Below are positions 63,152-64,000 of a DNA stretch of 64,000 bases, one piece after another. Location of the stretch: the NCBI RefSeq assembly GCF_964204645.1, contig NC_134027.1:19988560-20052559 (forward strand). Reading direction: 5' to 3'. The notes under the pieces are model-generated. The model saw only the letters and a program-made list of their open reading frames with translations, had not been told where the DNA came from and did not search any database. Both the position numbers and the translations under genes were made by a program. How positions within the stretch are numbered: the first letter of the stretch is position 1; each line of letters begins with the position of its first letter. Origin of the DNA: Tubulanus polymorphus. Its lineage: Eukaryota > Animalia > Nemertea.

Positions 63152-63918
63152 AGTTTTTTTTTAAATTTCGTCGTCAAATTTCATTCTTAGAAGTCCTGAT
63201 AGCTATTCTTTTTCTTCCGCTTAGTTTAGCCCTGATTTCTCTGTTGTTTATTTACATGGCTGATTCCCAGGGTTGATTCACCCCCCCCCCCCTAATGAGG
63301 AGCCGCTCGATTTTTCGCCGATATCAACCCATTCCTGGACGCTTGGTCATCTGATGAGTCCATTTGACATCTCACAATATTTCTTAGAAGATTTGTGTAG
63401 TCTGGTCGATCCTTTGCACTGTTTCCAGGCTCAGTTTCTGTAGAGCATGCTTCAGTCTTGCTTGTTTGTTTCGATCGTCTGTTAGAAGTTTTAGAAGTTT
63501 TCGCAGTTTGTGTTGAAACCGCTGTTCATGTGTGGTTCTATACATGGCATGGCATTTGGGCATATGGCATGGCATTTTCGAATCAAAACTTATTTCACTG
63601 ATTTATAGATAATCGGTATCATAAAGTTAGATGTTGACGTTGTAAACTACCGACGTTGTAAACTACCAAAAAACCTGAAAATACGTAGTACTCTCTAGTA
63701 CTGAAGTACTAAGTAAAAATTCAATTAAGTCATTGTTTCCAAAGAAAGAAGTCGAAATCTTTTCCTATTCTTTTTTCGAAAAAAACTGACCCTAACGTAC
63801 TATCGTGTTTTTCCAGGAGCCTAGTACAGGATAGAACATGTAAATCAATCAAGCATTGCAATTCCGCAATTTTTTATTTAAGGACGACTGGAAGGTTTTG
63901 ACTGTGGGGAGGACAAAA
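63152..63918. repeat. Continuation of the duplicated host segment
   Basis: Near-identical to 28342-29122. Confidence 0.9.
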
Positions 63919-64000
63919 TAAAGCACTAGGCCCGAGGAGCGATTTGTTAAAAGGCGCAATTAAAGAAAACAGCTGCAAACAATCTGATCGCGCAATTAAA

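Overview
AT-rich eukaryotic DNA, probably from an invertebrate animal (inferred from intronless class A GPCRs and the repeat types). It is dominated by two decaying, co-oriented copies of one Polinton/Maverick (adintovirus-like) endogenous virus family. Copy 1 runs from <1 to 15924. Copy 2 runs from 33701 to ~63139 and is ~18 kb once a nested 11.4-kb insertion is removed. Each copy encodes an HNH nuclease, RVE integrase (chromodomain in copy 2), packaging ATPase, major and minor capsid proteins, several membrane proteins and a protein-primed PolB; I could not recognise an adenain protease. A third, divergent Polinton-type right end lies at 19583. Between the elements is a duplicated host segment with two GPCR genes, a GPCR fragment, several MITEs and a LINE relic. 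The 44625-56060 insertion is a multimer of a non-autonomous Helentron (HINE/DINE-1-like) carrying a 31-bp palindromic satellite with a 525-bp higher-order repeat. Most notable: (i) poxvirus-like TAAATG starts in two upstream classes, hinting at helper-virus transcription; (ii) ~400-bp self-palindromic termini whose arms co-evolve; (iii) a swappable zinc-finger plus repeat cassette; (iv) self-nesting Helentrons amplifying a satellite apparently derived from a MITE. All calls were made by eye and no database searches were run.
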